Shown here piece by piece: positions 1 to 13,812 of a stretch of 64,000 nucleotides of DNA (its first letter is position 1; each line of letters starts with the position of its first letter). Origin of the DNA: the human T2T-CHM13v2.0 reference genome, Homo sapiens. The DNA lies in NCBI RefSeq assembly GCF_009914755.1, contig NC_060934.1; one strand, written 5' to 3'. Below the pieces are notes generated by a model. The model saw only the letters and a list, made by a program, of their open reading frames with translations. It was not told where the DNA came from and did not search any database. Made by a program: the position numbers and the translations under genes.

Positions 1-16
1 GGACTCCTTGGCTTAC

Positions 17-23
17 CTTCCAT
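17..23 (-). CDS. Putative first 7 coding nt (ATG GAA G = M-E-[G/A/V/D/E]); rest of CDS would lie left of the window
   Basis: ACA ATG GAA G immediately before the donor. Downstream exons are not visible, so coding status is inferred. Confidence 0.45.
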
Positions 24-73
24 TGTAATTTTGCAAATGAGTTTAGCCACAATATTTATTTAATCCCAGTTGC
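17..73 (-). other. Candidate internal exon (57 nt) carrying the start codon of a minus-strand gene
   Basis: Minus strand reads tttcttttttttattag|GCAACTGGG...TTACAATGGAAG|gtaagc: long pyrimidine tract plus TAG acceptor and AAG|GTAAGC donor. All three frames are closed before an ATG in strong Kozak context (A at -3, G at +4). Confidence 0.6.
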
Positions 74-404
74 CTAATAAAAAAAGAAATCTTTGAGTTT
101 GCCTAGGGTCCATAAAACATGATGTGTCTAAATAAGAGCTAAATGAATGAGAATCTTTGCCCTGGACTTCCTGGAATTGTGGGAGAGAAGACAGCAATGA
201 TTTTCCTTTTCCATGGCAGTTTTTCAAATGAACAGGTGCTGTCTTTTCTGATGGTGTCATTGCCAACGTTGTTGAGGATTCCAATGTAAGAAATAATTAT
301 ACCATCCTGACACTATTGGAAGTAATGAAATGATGAACCAAAACGGTCTTGGTCTAAAAAGTAGACTATTTTAAGATATTTTTCAACATACCAGGAGATG
401 TTCT

Positions 405-578
405 TGTGTGTGTGTGTATATATATATGTATATGTGTGTGTGTGTATATATGTATATGTGTGTGTGTGTATATATATATATATGTATATGTGTGTGTGTG
501 TATATATGTATATGTGTGTGTGTGTATATATGTATATGTGTATATATATGTGTGTATATATATATATACACACACACA
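405..578. repeat. Compound (TG)n/(TA)n microsatellite with ~20-bp higher-order unit
   Basis: Alternating purine-pyrimidine tract gtgtgtgtatatatgtatat repeated, ending in (CA)n. Confidence 0.95.
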
Positions 579-829
579 TCTAGATAGAAATATATTCTGT
601 CTCTCTGTCTGTATCTATAAATAGATGGGCAGGTAGGTGGATAGATACATGGATAGCTAGATAGATGATAGATAATGTAAGTAGTTAGTAATATTATTTT
701 ATTGATTTAAGGATATAATATTATTTATATTAAACTCATTATTTTACCTTGTAAAATTAAACCCTGGAAAGATGAATTCAGTGCTTAAAATCCCATTCAA
801 TGTTCAAAAGACATTTGGCTTTATCATTC

Positions 830-1375
830 ATCAGACAAATTCTAATAAAAACTATATTAGCATTCACCACTACAAGTGGTCAAAATAAGAAAATATAAAT
901 GTTGGTAAAGATGTAGAACGGCAAGGATAATTTTAATATGCCCCGATGTGAAGCTACCAAAACTCCCAATGATAGTGGAATGAATAAACAAACTTTATTT
1001 ATTCACATGATGAAATATTATGTGACATTGAGATGGGCTTGTTTATGACTATGTGCAGTAATATGGGTGAAACTATTAGGATAGTGTAAAAGTAATTGCA
1101 GTTTTTATCTTTTTTAAAAAAAGTAATTGCAAACACTGTGATTACTTTTGTACCAGCCTGATAACAAACATACTTTTCAAGCAAGACCCTAGACAGTATA
1201 TAATATTTGGCTCCATTTATATAAAGTATAGAAAAATAGAAAAAAGAACAAGCTATACTGTTAAACATTAAGGTAGTTGTTACTCTTAGAAGGTTCTAAC
1301 TAGAAGTAGCAAGAAGGGGCCTTCCGGGCTGCTAATAATAGTTTGCTTCTATATCTGGGTGCTGTTATAATAATC
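830..1375 (+). mobile_element. Ancient L1M (L1ME-like) 3' fragment, interrupted by MADE1
   Basis: Degenerate L1 3' motifs (aaatgttggtaaagatgtaga, gaatgaataaacaaact, aggggccttccgggctgctaataat). Confidence 0.55.
1076..1161. mobile_element. MADE1 (Hsmar1-derived MITE)
   Basis: ttaggatagtgtaaaagtaattgcagttttt...aaacactgtgattacttttgtaccagcctga matches the MADE1 palindrome. Flanked by TA at 1074-75 and 1162-63. Confidence 0.85.
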
Positions 1376-1511
1376 TGTGTTCTTAATTATATATATGTGT
1401 GTGTATATATACATATAATTTTATAGACATAATTAATATGTAATACTAATTATATATTCTTAATTGTATATACATAAATATGTAAATAAAGTTATTATAA
1501 ATCAGTTAAGG

Positions 1512-1830
<319 letters not shown>

Positions 1831-1836
1831 TAAAGA

Positions 1837-2143
<307 letters not shown>

Positions 2144-2361
2144 TTATTAAAAAGTGGGATACTGCTTTGACGGATTCCAAAAGGGAGATTTCACTGGAGG
2201 ATAAATGTGCTATGATCTGAAAGAAGAATAGGAGGTTACTATTTCAAAGGGTAGAGAAAAAGAATGTCAGGTAGAGGGAACAGAAGGCGTAAAGGCCTGG
2301 AGGTAGAAGGGAGAAAATCCAGAAGGAAAGGCCAAGGTGTCTGGAGCACAGAGATCTGAAG

Positions 2362-2551
2362 CTCTGGTTGTCAAACTTTATCACATTACATAATTGTTAG
2401 GAGGGCCGGCTAAATCACACACTGCTGGTCCTTTCCATGAAGAGTTTCTGATTTAGTAGGTTTGCGGTAGGTCTGGAGGATTTGCATTTCTAGGAAATTG
2501 CCAGGTGATATTGATGCTGCTGGTTCAGAAATTACACTTAGGAAATCACTG
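2362..2551. mobile_element. MER5A (hAT-Charlie MITE)
   Basis: ggttgtcaaacttt...gagtttctgatttagtaggt...atttgcatttctag...ccaggtgatattgatgctgctggt...aatcactg. Confidence 0.75.
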
Positions 2552-2616
2552 ATTTACAGACAAGTTAGAATGGCAAGAGGCTCTGTGGGAGCCAGACCAC
2601 TCATAGCTTTTAGAGC

Positions 2617-3000
2617 ACTATGGTTTGAAAGTGTCCTCGAAAGATCATGTGTTGGAAACTCAATCCTCAATGCAACAGTGTTGAGAAATGGGATCTACAA
2701 GAGGTGATTAGGTTATGAGGGCTCTGCTCTTATGAATGGATTAATGATGTTATTGTAGGAGTGAGTTCCTCATCTTGGAAGTGGGTTCCATATGAAAGGA
2801 TGAGTTCTGCACTGCTCTCCTCACCACTTCTTATCCTCTTGACTTCTGCCATCGAATGACACTGCAAGAAGGCCCTGGGCAGATGCCAGCATCTTGTTAT
2901 TAGACTTCACAGCCTCTAGAATAATAGGAAATATATTTCTTTCTGATAAGTTGCCACATCTCTGGTATTCTGTTAGAGCAGCACAAAACAGACTAAGATA
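2617..3000 (+). mobile_element. MaLR solo LTR (MSTC/MSTD-like)
   Basis: ctatggtttgaaagtgtcc...tgttggaaactcaatcctcaatgcaacagtgttgaga...gcagcacaaaacagactaagata. Confidence 0.85.
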
Positions 3001-4326
3001 ACATGTTAGGAAATTTGATCATCATTCTGAAAACAATGGAAGACACTAAAGCTGGGGTTGACATAATGCAATATGTTTTGAAAACATCATGCTGATATTG
3101 GCACATGAATGAAAGCACTGGAAATCAGGAAGCTATTCTAACACTCTAGGTAAGGGCTAATGGTGGCTTGAACTACAGGAAAGGGGACAATGATAGAGAT
3201 GCACATATTAGGTTTCTAGGACATTATTTTGTGATGGTTTGGATGGGGTGGTAAAGAAAAGAGAGAGAGCAAGGACAGCTTTTAGGTTTCTAACTCTCAA
3301 AACTGAGCGATTGGCAGTAGGCACTGAAATCGGTAATACTGGAAGATCAAAGATCATTGAAGATATTAAACTGCAGTTTTGATTTACAAATCCAGAGCTC
3401 TGAGTAGAAAAACATTGACTGTGCATGTACATTTAGGAGTCACCTGCAATTTGGTTGAGTTACCATAGACAAAAAATATAAAGGAAGATGAGAAAAAGAC
3501 TCAGGACTGAGTCAGGAGAAATTTCCACATTTTTAACAGCCAAGTAAAGTTGATAAGCCTTAAAAGGAGAAGGAAAATGTGGCCAGAGATGGGGGAGGAA
3601 AACCAGGTGTGTGTAGTGTTTCAAAAGTCAAGAGAAAAGAAAAGTCCAGTAAGATGAAGACTTTTCAAGAAGTTTATCAAATGGTGAAGAAAATATGATA
3701 GAATAGTAACAAGAGAGGAAATTAGGAACAAGGGAGTTTTATGGGTTTTTTAAAGACTAATCAATATTTCTTTTTATAAGAGAATTAAGCATGTTTGAAG
3801 GCTAATAATTCCTTTAATAATTCTGAAGGTAATAATTACATTCGGAAGAAAAGTAAAAGGCAATGGATCTCTGAAATACCACATTCTCTCTCTCTGTCAT
3901 ATACACACACATATACACACACACATGCACACATTACTTTTGCTAATATAAAAGGGTACCTTGTTATTTGAAATTTCATTGTTGTACTGGTGAGGTTGCA
4001 TCCTTTTAATACACTCACTTTTTGGGTTTGTGTGAATTGCCTGCTAATGTCCTCGGCAGATTTTTTCTATTAGCACTCCTTTCTCTCTTCCTGTTTTTGT
4101 GAGATCACATTATATATTAAAACTACTTGTTTGTTTATATTACACATGATTTTTTGGTTTTTAATTCGTCCTTTAGTATTTTTATTGTACAATGAGTCCT
4201 AAAATCATATTTAATCAAAACAATTCATCCTCTTTTTTATTCTCTGACTTTTGTGTCAAGCTAAAAAACACTTTTTTAGATATATTTTTATATATATTTT
4301 TAAAGATTTTTTACATATATTTTTAA

Positions 4327-4815
<489 letters not shown>

Positions 4816-5559
4816 TGTATTTTTATTTTCTAAATCCAGCTGATACTGATTTATCTAAAAAGTATTATAGAAATTATATATTTTTCTCTAAATTCTTCAC
4901 CAGTTTTCAAGTTCTGTGTATTTTCAGACTTCTATTTCGAATGTCTAAAATGTGATATCAGAATTGACTTTGCTGACTTAGTGATGCTAAATTGACTTTA
5001 TCACTTCGGATTTTTCTATGTTCAAGTGGCTATATCCATGCTTTTGGAAAATCCCATGCAAGAAAACTTGACCATTAATTCATAGCCTGCATATTCTTAC
5101 ACATTTTTTCTCTTAGCTCAACTGAAGTCTAAAATTACCTCTCTTAAAAAAAGGCCACCTAGAAAGTTGACCTAAATTTTAGGTACCCATCTGTTTAAAG
5201 AAATGAGCTGCATGGAATATTCTATTTTTCTGTTTTCATTATCCATTAGCATTCAAAATGTATACAAGGGTATATAAAACTCATATGTGGAGTCTTGGTA
5301 GTTTTAGAGATTACCTTTTTTTTCTCCTTTTGAATCCCTTTTTGGTAGCTAAATAATAACCTAAAAACAGGACATATTTTTTAGAATATTTTCTCTATTA
5401 TGGGTCAAATAAACATGTTTTAGTTTTTTAAACAGAACAAGGCCAATGACATATTTTAGCAGTCCTACTTAGAAAGACATGTTACATTCACAATTTTCTA
5501 TAGTTTACTCTTTAAAGGAATGGTATGTAAAATTACACAATAACAATAAATAGATTCTT

Positions 5560-6310
5560 GTGTAAGATCCAAGAATTACAAATGTGTATAGATTGGAATG
5601 TAAAGGCCACTGTGTTTGCCCTCTCTCTTCTTGGTTGCATATGTAACTTGAAAGTTATTTATTATTTGTGTGGATAAACATGGCTGTTTTTGTATTTTTT
5701 GCTTTTTTAAAAATATAAATGAGATCATATAAATACTTTGTTTTTTTCACTCAACAAAGTGTCTTGAAGATTTATGAATAAGTATGGTCATTTTAAATTC
5801 TGGTTGTCCTGCAGTGCAATGTCAATTTCACTTACACCAATACTAGTATGTCCATTTCTTCATATCCTTGTCAATAATGAATATTATCAATTATTATTAC
5901 TTAATGCTTATCTGTTTAAACAACATAAATGATATCCATTGTTAAAATTTTTAATTACTTATAAGAACAAGCATTATCTTATATATTTTACTCATGTCTG
6001 AATATTCCCTTAATTGCTATTTCTTTACCTAATTTTTCTATGTTTATTAGAACTGCTTACATATTTCAGGGACTAATTCCTTTGGTTGATGTGTAGTTTT
6101 AAAATATTTTCTCCCATGAGGATAGATCATTTTAAATTTATTGCTTATTTTTTCATGAAGAAATTTTAATTTAATTTATTCAAATTGGGTTTTTCCCTCA
6201 TGGTTTTAATTTTGTATCTTTTATAAGAAAGTGTTCCCAGCTCCTAATATATATATTTTAATGCTTCTATACATTTATGTTTTAAATTTAGCTCCTACAT
6301 ACACCTAAAT
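5560..6310 (-). mobile_element. Highly diverged L1M fragments
   Basis: T-rich L1-antisense motifs (tttttttcactcaacaaagtgtcttgaagattt; catttcttcatatccttgtcaata; aaatattttctccca). Confidence 0.45.
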
Positions 6311-7920
6311 TTTGTTATTGTTACCTTGGAGAATAAGTATAGGAATGGTATGATATGACTTCTTTGCAAAAATTTTAAATGACTGAAGATTTTCTCAAAA
6401 TGATCTTTTTCCACAGTATGTTTAAAGGATATTAATTCTGAGTGCTTGCAGAAAGGAATAAGAACAGTCTTGTTTAACAATTTTAAATATTCCGAGGCAC
6501 TGATATTATATGTACTGTGGTAGAACAAAGACATTGTATTTTATATAAATTTGAAAGAATTTTATGAAAATATATTCTCCCTTGCTAGATATCAAGCTTC
6601 TGACAGCTGAACAGACCTTCACAGAGCCAGACTGGCCATTAGTACTTTGATTTTTCACAATGCCTTTCTTTATTTAATAGGCCTAAAATATTGATTAACA
6701 TTTACAGATTCAATTCCAAGCACTTGCCAGAGGTTAGGGAGAGCCCAGAGTGAGCTGTTCGTGCCAGTCAAAGTCTAAGGTGTAATGAAATTCCCCACTG
6801 TGCCTGTCAACTTATCCACTACATAGGTCATTTCCCGCTTGGTCTCTGGTGTTGAAATAAGCCATTTCCACTTCAAATATTTCATAGACAATGGAGAAAA
6901 ATGATATGGCACTAATATTGTGTTCTTTACCCTGCTGTGGAGGATTGAATAGACTCCATTACATAGCAATGCTCTTTTGAAAGGAAGGCCTTATCTGCTC
7001 AGAAGGACTCATGGGAAACCCAAGGATGGCTGCAGCATCTCAGGTGGACCACGGCAGTTCTCTGCTGTTGGCTTGCTCCCTCATTTCCAAGTTTTAGGCA
7101 CTGGGGAATCACAATTGACTAACTACAAAAGCCATGAGCATTTACTTCAGTTTGTTGATCCTACATACTTACTGATCCAGTCATGTGGGGGGTTGACCTC
7201 TGGCTCCTCCTTTCTAATCAATTGCTTTTCAATTCCCCCTTTGCCACTTTTAAAGATTCCAGGCACAAGATCTTGAAAACAAATTTGGGACTTTATTCAA
7301 GCATTCCTAAATATCACTCTAATTTCACTGATTTTTGGAACTACTTCTTTTCTTTCTCCTCAAAGCAATTGTGTAATTTAGAATTTCACTTTTCAGACAT
7401 CTTCTTATTCTCTTTCCCCTAAATGATATAAAAATGCATGTGTGATTAAATTGTATGACCACGGTAGAAATCCTGAAACTCACACAGAGAGCAAACTATT
7501 TAAGATATAGATCACTTTGGAATTTCTATAAATAAGCAAGTAGAATTTCTACCTAAGGAGTAATTAATGTCATTTAGTTTGTAACTGAATAGGGTTATTT
7601 ATTTAAAGAGGAAAGGTATATTTTAAAAACCTCATCAAAATAAATGGGATTTGCTTTACTGGAAATAGTCCAGAAGGGCCTTTTAACTTCATTAGGGAGG
7701 CTCAAATTGACTCAATTATTTTAAAGTGTGTGTGCATGTGTTCATGGGAGTACCACATTCAATTTTGTAAAGAAACTGAAAGATTGAAAAATGCTCTAAA
7801 ATTAGTCAATCCTTCCCCACTTTCATTCAGAAATTTTTATTGAATGCCAGACAATATGTTGGTACATTCAAATATTTGGGATTGTCTCAACTTTCATGGA
7901 TTGTTAAGTGGGAGTAGATT

Positions 7921-8228
7921 GTTTTTTTAATTAACTTTTTTATTTCTATAGGTCACTGGGGAACAGGTGGTGTTTGCTTACACGAGTAAGCTCTTTAGTG
8001 TTGATTTGTGAAATTTTGGTGCAGCCATCACCTGAGCAGTATACACTGCCCCCAATTTGTCATCTTTTATCCCACACCCCCTTTCCACTCTTTTCCCTTG
8101 AGTCCCCAAAGTCCACTGTGTCATTCTTACGCTTTTGCATCCTTATAGCTTAGCTCCCACTTATGAGTGAGCAAAACGTGGAACCAACCCAAATGGCCAT
8201 CAATCAATGAGTGGATAAAGAAACTGTG

Positions 8229-8261
<33 letters not shown>

Positions 8262-8351
8262 TATATGATGGAATACTACTCAGTCGTAAAAAGGAATGAA
8301 TGAATGGTGTTCACAGCGACATGGATGAGATTGGAGACTATTATTCTAAGT
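7921..8351 (-). mobile_element. L1PB-like 3' element with 5' inversion (twin-priming structure)
   Basis: 7921-8171 is antisense L1 3'UTR; 8172-8351 is sense L1; TSD ggagtagatt at 7911-7920 and 8352-8361. Confidence 0.85.
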
Positions 8352-8754
8352 GGAGTAGATTCTTAAAGTTAGAGGGGATGTATGGACTTACTGCTGCTGT
8401 GGCCGAACAGAGGCATTTCTGTCTTTCTACCTAAAGGTTTTAAGGTCTCAAAATCTGGTTAGTAACTTCTGAAGATGCAGCACCACAGAAGCAAACCCCA
8501 ACAAAAAATAAATAAATAAAACTTGCCTGAGAGGCATGAGCTAAATGTTACTAGTCCTTATAAGAAAATGACCATTAATAAATCCATCTAGCACTGCCTT
8601 TATTTTGGATTGGGGCAAAAATTAGGAAATGTGAAATTGTGAGTTTCCTGAGAACAGGACCTACTTCTAACTTAGATCAGACATAAGAGGACTGATTGGA
8701 AAGCCACAAGGCAAATATTAGATGCCAGCCCCTTGAAATGTATGTTGCTTCGTT

Positions 8755-9357
8755 TTGGAGAAAGTAGTTTAGAGATTGCTCAAAGAACTAAAAATAGAAC
8801 TACCATTTAACCCAGCAATCCCATTACTGGGTATATGCCCAAAGAAAAATAAGTCATTCTACCAAAAAGAAACATGCACTCATATGTTCATCACAGCACT
8901 ATTCACCATAGCAAAGACATGGAATCAACCTAGGTGTTCATCAACAGTGGACTGGATAAAGAAAATGTGGTACATATACACCATGGAATACTATGCAGCC
9001 ACACAGAAAGAACAAAATCATGTCCTTTACAGCAATACGGATGCAGCTTGAGGCCTTTATCCTAACTGATATGGAAACAGAAAATCAAATACTGCATGTT
9101 CTCACTTATAAGCAGGAACTAAACATTGGGTACGTATGGACATAAAGATGGAAATAATAGACACTGGGGACTCCAAGAGTTTGGAGGAAGGGAAGGGGGC
9201 AAAGGTTGAAAAACTACCTATTGGGTACTGTGCCCACTACCTGGGACATGAGATCATTTGTAACCCAAACTCCAGCATCCTGCAATAACCCCTTGTAACA
9301 AATCTGCACAAATACTCCCTGAATCTAAAATAAAAAGTTGAAATTAAAAAAAGAAAA
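8755..9357 (+). mobile_element. 5'-truncated L1 (L1PA15/16-like), ORF2 C-terminus and 3'UTR
   Basis: ORF 8776-9051 translates as L1 ORF2 C-terminus (LPFNPAIPLLG...WIKKMWYIYTMEYY); ends ccctgaatctaaaataaaaagttgaaatt-polyA. Confidence 0.9.
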
Positions 9358-10329
9358 CCCTATTTCCCTAATGCTCACTGCCTAATTTGGCCAACCTATC
9401 TAATTCCACTTCCTTCCTTCTAGGATGTTTAGCAGGAAATGCCTCTGACTTTGTCATGGGTAGCATTTCATGGGAGTGTTTGCCAGCTTCCTTCCACTCA
9501 GACAAAAATCTTTGCCCCAAATAGACATCGATTAAGTAAAGGAGACTGGAAGTATTCAATTTGCCTTCACAAGGAAGCAAAAAAGCATTCCCTAATATTA
9601 AGTCTCCTTAACTGCTGATCTCCAAAAACATACAGATTTCTTGCACCAACACACTCCTGCCATCAAAAAGCAGCCATTATCACAAATGAACAAAGAAATA
9701 AGCAAAACTATCAACCATTCTCAAGTTGTTTCTCTCTTCTGGTATTTTGCCTGTGTAGCATTTGGACTTATCTATAATACAGTCAATGCACTTTTAAGTA
9801 TGTTGATATTATCAGAACCCAAATCACCCCCAGCTAGCTATGCTACGGGCATGAATTCTAACTGTTTTGCTGTAGGCTAAATTTGTAAGTAGGCTACAAT
9901 TGAATGATTGGGCATAGGTGTATATATCAAATATAATGAATGCAAATTGGTAGTGTCAAATGTATTTAGCCAGAAATAGAATAAGGTAGACAGAATAGGG
10001 TTTTGTTTGTTTGTTTACTTTTTTTGATCTTTGTTTTATTATTAACTAGTTTCAGTAAGCTCCCTGACTTCATGGAGTGGTATCGGCAGCAGTAATGATG
10101 GTGCCAGGGGAAACTAGATTTCAAGATGTATAATCTTCCCTATATACTTAGTCATACTTATTCCTGTGGCCCAGGGAAATTATCTTTCTCTCTCCATATC
10201 TAAGTCTCTTCATGCCCATAATCATCAAAAGACACAAATAGACAAAGGTCACATTCTGAGAACCAGGAAAGCACAGGGAAAATAAAAATACCACTAGAGA
10301 TGTTATTAGGAACAAAAGGTCTGTCTTAA

Positions 10330-11030
<701 letters not shown>

Positions 11031-11588
11031 AACTAATTATGTAAGCCAGACCTCCGTTATAAAAGGGATGGTGGGTGTCCATGGTAAAATAATTGTGAGG
11101 AATTCTGGGTTAAAAACACAGTTCACAAAAATAGGTTTCTGTGGACTTCTCAGAACTTTTCATATGCCCTCTCTCCAAGACCAGGTACAGCATAAAAGCA
11201 TTACCAACATGGATTTGGACCATTGAAACTTTTTTTCCCAAAAAAACACCCATTAGTGTTTCAAGGTGCATTTTTAGTTCTACAGAACAAAGTTTAGAAA
11301 ATATGAAAAAGGATTCATGGAAAATCACTCTTTGATTTCACTTCTATTTTCCATGAAATAATAAGTCAAAAGGTACAGGATCCCAGGTAGAAACTGGAAA
11401 CAGTTCGTTTGTTGTGTTTCTTTTATTCTCTTCTCCATCATCTTGGTCTTCATTTGGGAGGAGGGGAGTAGATTCTTAAGTTATTTTTATTTTCTTTGGC
11501 TACATGGTTTTTCAAATTTATGTCTCATTAATTTAAAAATATCACTGTAGGGTTGCATTCTTGGAGAAGTTTAAAAGACAATACTTAC

Positions 11589-11659
11589 CCGTTATTATTA
11601 CAGGGACCCAAAGAGGTTACAGATGGAAATATCATGTGTATTACTTGTCAATGATCATC
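11589..11659 (-). other. Candidate non-coding (5'-UTR) exon, 71 nt
   Basis: Minus strand tttcattttag|GATGATC...AATAACGG|gtaagtat; consensus acceptor and donor; stops in all three frames. Confidence 0.5.
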
Positions 11660-11794
11660 CTAAAATGAAATCCTAGCACAAAAGCAAACAACCAAATTTA
11701 ACTCTTTTTTAGTAAACCTAGCAGATCATAATAGGAGGAAACTGGATCAGTATGATTTTTCTTTTCCTTTGCATTTCTTATATCCCATGGCCCT

Positions 11795-11852
11795 ACACAC
11801 ACAGACACACACACGTGTACGCACGCATGCACGCGCACACACACACACACAT
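11795..11852. repeat. Imperfect (CA)n/(CG)n microsatellite
   Basis: acacacacagacacacacacgtgtacgcacgcatgcacgcgcacacacacac. Confidence 0.9.
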
Positions 11853-12215
11853 TTCCTACATACTTTGTCTAGGCTTTGCCATATGCTGGATGAAGACTTT
11901 CATGTCCCATCTCATTTGACAGATACAGCTGAATGTTGTTATTCATGTGTTTGTTTGTTTTAAATTCTACCATATTGTTTCTTATCTCTTTTGTAAGTCA
12001 GAAAACATGAGACTAACTACATCAAAGAATATTGCCCTAAACCTCCATAAATATCTGTTCCGCTGAACACTGGAGCTACAACAAATTGATTTTACTTCCG
12101 CAGGTCTCTCTTTAAAATGTGACTGGTTGGGTGCCCCTGGGACTCTTTGCATGTTACAGAAGACTGCTCATGCTCAAGATACAGCAAAATGTTGCCTTTT
12201 AGTTAGACAGAAGAC

Positions 12216-12280
12216 AGCTGTGCTGGGCTCAGTTGTGCTGTGCTGTGCTGTGCTGAGCTGGACCAGGCTGGGCTGAGCTG
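12216..12280. repeat. (GCTGN)n pentamer array
   Basis: agctgtgctgggctcagttgtgctgtgctgtgctgtgctgagctggaccaggctgggctgagctg. Confidence 0.85.
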
Positions 12281-13020
12281 TTCCTGGGAGAGTGAAAGTG
12301 AGTGATGCTTCCTTGCATCCTGCACTTAGGTAGGCATCTGCATGTTTTCTGTTTGTCCATAATGGTTTTGCTTTATCAGGTAACTGGCATTGTGCACAAT
12401 GCCATTGTGTACAGATTATAACAGGATCCACAGATATAAAGTATCTGCAAGCTCTTGATGTAAGTCATTAGAGGAACAAGGCCTGCAAGTGATGTGACGG
12501 TGTAGGTGCCCCCACCATGCCGGCATCCATCACAGGGACAGGCAGCAGCTGGCTTCTGCAGATCTTCTTCCCAGAGAGCTGGGCAAGGGCCCATCTCCAA
12601 CTGTCAGAGGTCAGGTAGACATCTGTGCTCACAGTTCAGTGTGGCCCTAAAATATCATCTTCTTTGTTAATTTGAGTATTGCCAGTTGTTCTTGTTTTTG
12701 GTATGGTTTCTAATGCAAAAGTGTGATATAATTTTGGGGTCTATAAGTTACTTACATCTGACAGTATATGAAAACTGAAAGTGACCAAATCCAGAAATAG
12801 TTTGAACAAAGTCATCAAAGCTCCCAACTCCCTGTTCTGCAAACTGAAGAAATCATCAGTTTTATTAGTGTCTGAGTCACTTTCATCAGACAAAGAGCTG
12901 TTTCTAGTTTTGTTTTGTCTAGAGTCAAGACTGGTTTCCAAAGCAGTGAAAAAAGGGATCATTTGCTGTTTATTTTTTTTAAAGTAAGCACACCCAGAAT
13001 TCTCTTTAAAAATCTTTTTG

Positions 13021-13812
<792 letters not shown>

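Noticed and set aside
313-624. ORFs rich in Y/I/H/T/V/C
   Set aside because: Translations of the TG/TA microsatellite.
12216-12280. True immunoglobulin switch region
   Set aside because: Only ~65 bp and no Ig constant exons nearby; real switch regions span kilobases.
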